Positions 58,044 to 64,000 of a stretch of DNA of 64,000 bases are shown piece by piece; within the stretch, counting starts at the first letter, position 1; each line of letters starts with the position of its first letter. Below the pieces are notes generated by a model. That model was not told the DNA's origin and ran no database searches. It worked only from the letters and a program-made list of their open reading frames with translations. Source of the DNA: an uncultured delta proteobacterium (lineage in GTDB: Bacteria > Desulfobacterota > Syntrophia > Syntrophales > UBA2185); NCBI GenBank assembly GCA_963729715.1, contig CAVSPA010000004.1, positions 32,001-96,000 of the forward strand. The letters are read 5' to 3'. The position numbers and the translations under genes are program-made.

Positions 58044-58898
58044 CTAAGCTTTCCGTGCAAGAACTTCCAGGGAAGGACCAATAATAATCCTTCCGCGGCT
58101 GATAAAGTACAATGAATTAACAGCCATACTAATAGTCTTCTTTAAGAGTCGATTGAAGAAGTCAGCGCCTGAAGGCATGGAGTTGCGTATAAAGAGGATT
58201 GAAAAACCATAATCGCCGAGCAACCTTCTAATGAATCTCGGTGTTAAGGAATAGCTATGAGACACAAGGAGATGATTTATAAGGTAATCGGCCTTGAATT
58301 TTATGGACATTCTGAAAAGGGCGGAATGCAAAATACCATTGGAAAATCGAAGGTAGAGCAAGCCTCCGTCTTTAAGTAAAGTCTTGGCTTTCTCAATGTC
58401 CGCCCATGGTTCTGAAGAGAAGCCTGTTGCATCAATCATCGTGACCACGTCAAATTCATTTTCTTGTGACAAATCTTTTAAGGTACCTGTATGAGTAAAT
58501 TTATTGCCTAATAACCTTTCAGAATAATCTATGGAGGCTTCTGAGGGATCGATGCCCGTTATATCCCAACCCCGATTCTTTGCCTCTTTCAGAAAAAAAC
58601 CTAAGCCGCACCCGACGTCCAGAACTTTGCCAACACGGGTTTGACTCTCGATAATGTCCAGCACGTGAGAATATATCGCAGTGCGATATCCGGTCAATTG
58701 ATACTGAGCATAATCTGAAAAATAGCTATCCTGGTAATACTGTATGAGACCTTTCTCGTCCTCGTTTTCTCGGCCGCCTTTAAACATGAGATCACAGCTC
58801 TTACAGTGAAAGTACCGCCTTTCATGAGCGCTAAAATCGAATTCGGCCGCAGAATGGCAATACGGGCACGTTTCTTTAGATGATTTGAATGTATCCAT
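58044..58898 (-). CDS. Class I SAM methyltransferase with N-terminal zinc ribbon
   Basis: CPYC...CKSC; VLDVGCGLG; GIDPS. Confidence 0.88.
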   Translation of the reverse strand: MDTFKSSKETCPYCHSAAEFDFSAHERRYFHCKSCDLMFKGGRENEDEKGLIQYYQDSYFSDYAQYQLTGYRTAIYSHVLDIIESQTRVGKVLDVGCGLGFFLKEAKNRGWDITGIDPSEASIDYSERLLGNKFTHTGTLKDLSQENEFDVVTMIDATGFSSEPWADIEKAKTLLKDGGLLYLRFSNGILHSALFRMSIKFKADYLINHLLVSHSYSLTPRFIRRLLGDYGFSILFIRNSMPSGADFFNRLLKKTISMAVNSLYFISRGRIIIGPSLEVLARKA

Positions 58899-60025
58899 TA
58901 ATCCAGCAATGAGTGATACACATTTTCAGTTTCATCGATCATTTTTTTAACCGCAAATTCCTTTTCTACCCTTTTCCTCGCCGCCAACCCTAACGAATGG
59001 GCAAATTCCTTATTTTCAATTAATCTATTTATTGCAGCGGCAAGGGTAACCGGATCCCTCGGCGGAACGAGGATTCCTTCCAGGTCGTCTGTCATTTGTT
59101 CTGTAATCCCGTCAATCCGTGTGGCTACGATAGGCTTTTCCATCGCCATTGCTTCTAAAGTGAGCATTGGGAATCCTTCTAAGAGAGATGGAATCACCAC
59201 GATATCGACAGCGGATAAGATTTCCTTTATGTCACTTCTGAATCCTGCGAATATAATCTTATCTTCGACCTTCAATTGTCGACAAAGGTGTTCGAGATCT
59301 TTTTTCAAGGGACCCTCTCCAACCATAATGACTTTGATTTCTCCGGAGGCTTCGACAACGTGTTGAATGCACCTAACCAGGAATTCAAATCCTTTTTGCC
59401 ATACCATTCTGCCCACGGCGCCCAGCAAAATATCATCTTTGTTCACACCGAGTCCGTCTCTGATTTTGAGACGGAGCGAGGCTGCACCTTCGGGATCATA
59501 ATGGTCAATTTCAATACCGTTGTAAATCTTTACAACTTTTTCAGGTGGGATGTGGTGTTTAGTAATAAATGTGTTTCTTAGAACTTCAGATACGACTATG
59601 AATCTATCGACGTACCTTTCCACGGTCCTGTCCAAGACGAAGTAAATTGATTTTCTCAATAGACCGACATCATATCCCTCGACAGGCATGGCGATGGTGG
59701 ATACATATTTTGTTCGTCCCGCAAGCCTTGCCGCAAGCCGAGCGTAAAATTCCGCCCTCCCACCCTGACCATGGACGATATCAATCTTCTTGTCTTTGAT
59801 AACTCTTATCAATTTGAATATTAGGGAAGGGTTAAATCTTTTTGAAAAGTCCAATGGAATGGAGCAAACGTCTTTGTTAGTCAGAGACTCGTAAAGCTCT
59901 CTGCCAGAGTTGGAAGCGAGATACATTTCGTAGTTCTCGGGTGACAATCCGTTGATGACCTGAGCGAAAACCCTTTCTCCACCGCCAAATTCCAGATTAT
60001 CAATGACAAAAAGCAGCTTCGCCAT
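58898..60025 (-). CDS. Glycosyltransferase family 4
   Basis: GGGER, QKG, PSLLEGFPMLTLEAMA. Confidence 0.93.
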   Translation of the reverse strand: MAKLLFVIDNLEFGGGERVFAQVINGLSPENYEMYLASNSGRELYESLTNKDVCSIPLDFSKRFNPSLIFKLIRVIKDKKIDIVHGQGGRAEFYARLAARLAGRTKYVSTIAMPVEGYDVGLLRKSIYFVLDRTVERYVDRFIVVSEVLRNTFITKHHIPPEKVVKIYNGIEIDHYDPEGAASLRLKIRDGLGVNKDDILLGAVGRMVWQKGFEFLVRCIQHVVEASGEIKVIMVGEGPLKKDLEHLCRQLKVEDKIIFAGFRSDIKEILSAVDIVVIPSLLEGFPMLTLEAMAMEKPIVATRIDGITEQMTDDLEGILVPPRDPVTLAAAINRLIENKEFAHSLGLAARKRVEKEFAVKKMIDETENVYHSLLD

Positions 60026-60028
60026 GAT

Positions 60029-60943
60029 TTATACAGTCTTGCCTTTTATATTACTGAAACCGTCCGCAAACGATTTGCAGATGAATCTTAATTCCTCAAA
60101 ATTAAATCTCTTGTTTCTAATAATGGACGCGAATATGCTCCGCGGTATTGAAAACAAAGCAAAGATATTCAAGGCAATCCATCTCTGAGGTACAGGAAAT
60201 AGCTTCTTTATCAGGATGATCTTGTTTCGGTAAAGATAGTATAGCCTGGACTTACTAATTGTACCGCCGATGGGAATTTTATGTTTGGCCACAGCTTTTG
60301 GTTCATAAATTATATTGTACCCGGCGGAGCAGGCACGCAGGCAGTAGTCAACTTCCCAGTGATTGATAAAGTATTCGGGATCAAAACCACCTAATTCATT
60401 GAACACACTCTTTTTCAGTAACCAGCAGCACCCGATGACGTAATCACATTTAATCCGTACCCGCGCATCTTCTCCATCATAAGAAGCTGTCCACCGATTG
60501 ACAAATCCCGGGCCATGCGAAGTCCTTTCAGGATAATCATAAAATACTGAACGCGCTCCCACCACGGCAGCACGATCTTCCTGAGCCGCCTCGATAAGAG
60601 CAGTGATTGTGTCAGACGCCAACTCTATGTCAGCATCTAACCCTAATATATATTTTGTCTGCTGTGAGAGCTTGGGAAACACCAGGTTATATGGTACATA
60701 ACTGCCTTCGTTTTTATCGTTCTGGATCAGCGATAGTTGCAACCATCCTTCCTCTTTCATTTCCCTAAAGCGGTTTTGAACCATCTGTGCCGTGTCATCT
60801 GTGGATGCATTATCCCAGATTACAATTTCAATTTTCTCTCTTGGATAATCTGTACGTCGGATTGATTCCAGACAAGGAAGCAGGTCAGATTGATCATTGT
60901 ATGTGGGGATGAATATTGAAATGGAGGGGGGATTGGATACCAT
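60029..60943 (-). CDS. Glycosyltransferase family 2 (rhamnosyltransferase-like)
   Basis: IPTYN, DNASTDDT, LDAD, GCCWLL, GGFD, EVDYCLR. Confidence 0.9.
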   Translation of the reverse strand: MVSNPPSISIFIPTYNDQSDLLPCLESIRRTDYPREKIEIVIWDNASTDDTAQMVQNRFREMKEEGWLQLSLIQNDKNEGSYVPYNLVFPKLSQQTKYILGLDADIELASDTITALIEAAQEDRAAVVGARSVFYDYPERTSHGPGFVNRWTASYDGEDARVRIKCDYVIGCCWLLKKSVFNELGGFDPEYFINHWEVDYCLRACSAGYNIIYEPKAVAKHKIPIGGTISKSRLYYLYRNKIILIKKLFPVPQRWIALNIFALFSIPRSIFASIIRNKRFNFEELRFICKSFADGFSNIKGKTV

Positions 60944-61470
60944 TTGTCTTCGATTAGTCTTTGGGGATAGAAGGGCGAAGTTAACGTATGACTTTTATTT
61001 CGTGCATAAGTAGTTAAGCCACGGCTCTTTTGTATCATCAAAATTATTCTCCATCTCTAAGCCATGGAGTGATGAAAATATTTTTATACCTTTAAATCCC
61101 ACACCTGATAATTGGTTAACCTGTTCATCAGGTAAGATATAGTAACTTCCCAGTGCGACGTTATGTATGCGCTCGATTACGATGGCATGTCTCATGCTCA
61201 TTAATCTTTTCTTATTATTTTTCATCCTAACGACGAGATACTTCCTGAAGTTTAATAACGTAAAAATCACGCTTATTGACCACTTAAATTTAAATACCTC
61301 ATCTATAAATTTCAGGTTGTGGGTGGAAAAAAAGAACATCCCTCCCTGCCTGCATACGCGTTTTATCTCTTGCAAGGCTTTTAGCCTGTCTTCATGGGAA
61401 AGGGAATCAAGCCCGTTAAAACTAAATAATACCAAATCAAAAGAGCTATCATCAAACACATCCATATTTC

Positions 61471-62838
61471 GGATCATCTGACTTTTTTGTACAAAGAAAC
61501 AGGCATAAGTACCTGTAACGCTTTTATAAATGTTCTTTGAAAATTGACACGTTTTCTAATCTCGGATAGAGTAGTTAGATGAAAACGAAAAATACACTCC
61601 GAGACCTGTATAAATTTCCTGGATTCCGTGCCCGTGCCACGCTGAAGCCACACCCGGAAGATCCTGAAGGATGCATTGTTACCCTGGAGCGCCGCCAAAA
61701 AAAACAGTCTGTTCCGGCTGCGGTACAACGGCATCAAGCTATCGGGACCGGCGAACTCATAGGGTGCGAGACCTGGATGCCGGAGCAACCCGCATCTATC
61801 TTGACTTCGAGTATCGCAGGGTTGCCTGCCCGCATTGCAAAGCCGTGAAACGCGAGACTCTTTCAATGCTGGCCAAGTCGTCCCGGTTCACTCAGCGGTT
61901 CGAAGACCGCATTGGACTGCTCTGTCGCGAGATGAGCATCAAACGTGTTGCAGAGCTTAACAACCTGAGCTGGGACCAGGTATGTCGCATGGAGAAGGGT
62001 TACATGCGTCGCCTGCTGGAGCAGCATCCGCCTTCCGCACAGCTTCGGACCATTGGCATCGATGAAATATCGACCCGTAAGGGCCACACCTATGCCATCG
62101 TTGTCGCCGATCTTGACCAGAGACGACCGATCTGGCTGGGTGGACAGGGTCGCACCGAACAGGATTTACAGTTGTTCTTCGACACCATGGGGCCTGAGCG
62201 CTGCAAGACAATCGAACTGGCGGTCATGGATATGTGGAAGCCATTTCGTAAAGCAACGCTGAGTCATGCTCCCAACGCACAGATTGTCTATGACAAGTTT
62301 CACATCACGCGTCATCTGGCAGACGCCCTTGATCAGGTCAGACGCAGCGAGTACAAACGTGTCAATGAGAAAGAACGTCGGTTCATCAAGGGGCAGCGCT
62401 ATACGTTGCTGTCCCATAAAGCCAATTTAGATATTGAAGGCCGACGGGCCTTGCAAATGCTGTTAAAAGCAAACAAACGGCTTCATAAAGCCTATCTGTT
62501 GAAAGAATCGTTCGGGCAACTCTGGGATTATAACAACCCAACATGGGCACGAAAGTTCTTTGAAAGCTGGAAAGACCAGTTGCGCTGGCAGCGGCTTAAA
62601 CCCTTTGAGAAGTTTGCTGCTCTCATTGAGCGTCACTGGGACGGAATCATCAGTTACTGCCATCCTGATCACAAGGTTTCACTTGGATTCATGGAAGGCT
62701 TGAATAACAAGATCCGCGTCATCCAGCGCAGAGCATACGGCATTAAGGATCAGGAATACCTGATGCTCAAAGTTATAACTTCCTTTATCAAAGAACCGAA
62801 ATAGAATTAAATTTATGCACAACAAACCCAGAAGACCC
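61471..62838 (+). mobile_element. ISL3 family insertion sequence, 1368 bp
   Basis: Imperfect IRs GGATCATCTGACTTTTTTGTACA and reverse complement GGGTCTTCTGGGTTTGTTGTGCA; 8-bp target duplication CATATTTC at 61463-61470 and 62839-62846. Confidence 0.93.
61579..62804 (+). CDS. ISL3 transposase, split across two frames at an A8 run (-1 frameshift)
   Basis: ORF1 from 61579 reads ...ERRQKK; the -1 frame continues KKTVCSGCG, CPHC, IGIDE, MDMW, DKFH, EGLNNKIRVIQRRAYG. Confidence 0.85.
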
Positions 62839-63212
62839 CATATTTCTAACGTCACATACCAGGAACTTTTCTTTGGGAAATCTTTCCTTACATGCTTTGA
62901 TCATGCTTTCCGAATAATCTATGCCCGTGTAGCCGGCAACGCGAGTGGCAAAAAAATGAGTGGTTCTTCCTCCACCTACTCCTATGTCTAACATCTTCAG
63001 TGATTCTAATTTTTCTTCTAACTTGCATAATAATACAAGTTCTGCTTTGTCCAAATAGAGGGCATTCTTATATACCTTAACAACGTCCTCACGCTCGTAT
63101 GCTTCTTTATTCGGGTCTATTATTGTGCATTCAGATAATGCCACTGCATCGTTCCGGATGAAATTGAAATGAAGGGGAGACTATATATGATTTGTCAGTG
63201 AGATTAATTTGC

Positions 63213-63953
63213 CTATTTTCTCGCGATTACTTTAATAGCATATGATCCTGAACCATTCTTCCATAACGTATCCAGATACCCACATATGAAGAGTAACGGT
63301 TGCAAGACGTGTTTTACAGAAATATTCTTTTCAGTTAGCATATCTATTTCCCACGCCAGCTTACCCCAAAAACCAAATGTGTAACACGCATCCTCAATTC
63401 TAAATCCTAATTTACGAAGAATCTTTGATAGCGTCTCTAAATCGTATTGCTCCCCTACATGTTCCTTTTCTTCCCAGGCGATATAATCGGTAAACCACTT
63501 TTTCGGAAATAAAAAACTATGACCTGGTTCGTAGGGCATGGCCAAATAGAAAATGCCGTTTGATTTAAGCCCTTGGTAGATATTTTCAAAAACCTTAGAA
63601 TTGTCCTGGATGTGTTCCAAAACATCTATGGAAAATATGAAGTCATACCGCTCTTTCTCAAGAGGTATTCTTATGTCATACTGAAAAAATAGGACGTTAT
63701 TGATTTTCTCTGAAATTGCTTTTTCAATACAGCCGTCTATATCCGCTTGAGAAACATCATATCCGGTTATGCGAGCCTTTGGAAAATGCGCTGCTGCGAA
63801 GAAAGTAAAGAGTCCAGGGCCGCAACCGGCATCAAGCGCTTCTTCAAATTGCGCCTGTTTTAAATACTTCCTGAAATACAAAAGGCGTATATAAGCGCTT
63901 ATATGTGCCGAGGGAATATATCGATAAAATATCTTTTTAAATAATGAGAGCAT
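63213..63953 (-). CDS. Class I SAM methyltransferase
   Basis: LDAGCGPG, GYDVS, YDFIFSIDVLEHI. Confidence 0.9.
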   Translation of the reverse strand: MLSLFKKIFYRYIPSAHISAYIRLLYFRKYLKQAQFEEALDAGCGPGLFTFFAAAHFPKARITGYDVSQADIDGCIEKAISEKINNVLFFQYDIRIPLEKERYDFIFSIDVLEHIQDNSKVFENIYQGLKSNGIFYLAMPYEPGHSFLFPKKWFTDYIAWEEKEHVGEQYDLETLSKILRKLGFRIEDACYTFGFWGKLAWEIDMLTEKNISVKHVLQPLLFICGYLDTLWKNGSGSYAIKVIARK

Positions 63954-64000
63954 TTATTCCGGCTGTCTTTAGGTTAATTTTGAAGACGGCCGCTTCATTT

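Larger units (their letters stand above)
60995..63144 (-). pseudogene. Class I SAM methyltransferase interrupted by ISL3
   Basis: The 5' part (LDIGVGGGRT...FLVCDVRNM) and 3' part (RNMDVFDDSSFDLVLFSFNGLD) join in frame once the IS and one target copy are removed. Confidence 0.92.

Noticed and set aside
1..64000. CRISPR array or cas genes
   Set aside because: No regularly spaced direct repeats with unique spacers and no cas-like ORFs were seen. The repeats found are dispersed palindromes.

Overview
This is a bacterial chromosomal window. Gene order and content resemble Desulfobacterota/Syntrophales-type deltaproteobacteria; that taxonomy is an inference. (1) 1-20.4 kb is core genome: a partial Hpt protein and a hybrid histidine kinase, then miaB-DUF151-xerC-hslVU-argBDFGH-lipoprotein-lysA-dapA-dapB-folK-YHS-transaldolase-pgsA-hydrolase-tRNA-Gly-tRNA-Cys. 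(2) 22.6-40.6 kb is an MSHA-like type IV pilus locus: PilM-PilN fusion, PilO, PilP/MshK-like protein, lipoprotein secretin, MshM/ExeA, MshEN-PilB and PilC. These are followed by a membrane-anchored sigma54 activator, a candidate tandem enhancer and a -24/-12 promoter in front of the major pilin. Next come a TMTC-like GT-C/TPR protein, two toxin-antitoxin cassettes (one broken by a small palindromic element) and four minor pilins, one carrying tandem CBM5/12-like repeats. (3) 40.9-64 kb on the minus strand holds a histidine kinase plus a receiver-adenylate cyclase pair, and a surface-glycan cluster rich in tailoring enzymes (WecA, DegT, PIG-L, WbqC, a sxtI/J/K-like carbamoyltransferase triad, SGNH, AsnB, four methyltransferases and GTs). 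One methyltransferase is split by an ISL3 element with an 8-bp target duplication, and the ISL3 transposase needs a -1 frameshift. The best candidate for an undescribed system is the pilin module: one-component membrane sigma54 activator, enhancer and promoter, pilin, and TMTC-like glycosyltransferase, possibly supplied by the convergent glycan cluster. All calls come from reading motifs by eye; no database searches were run.
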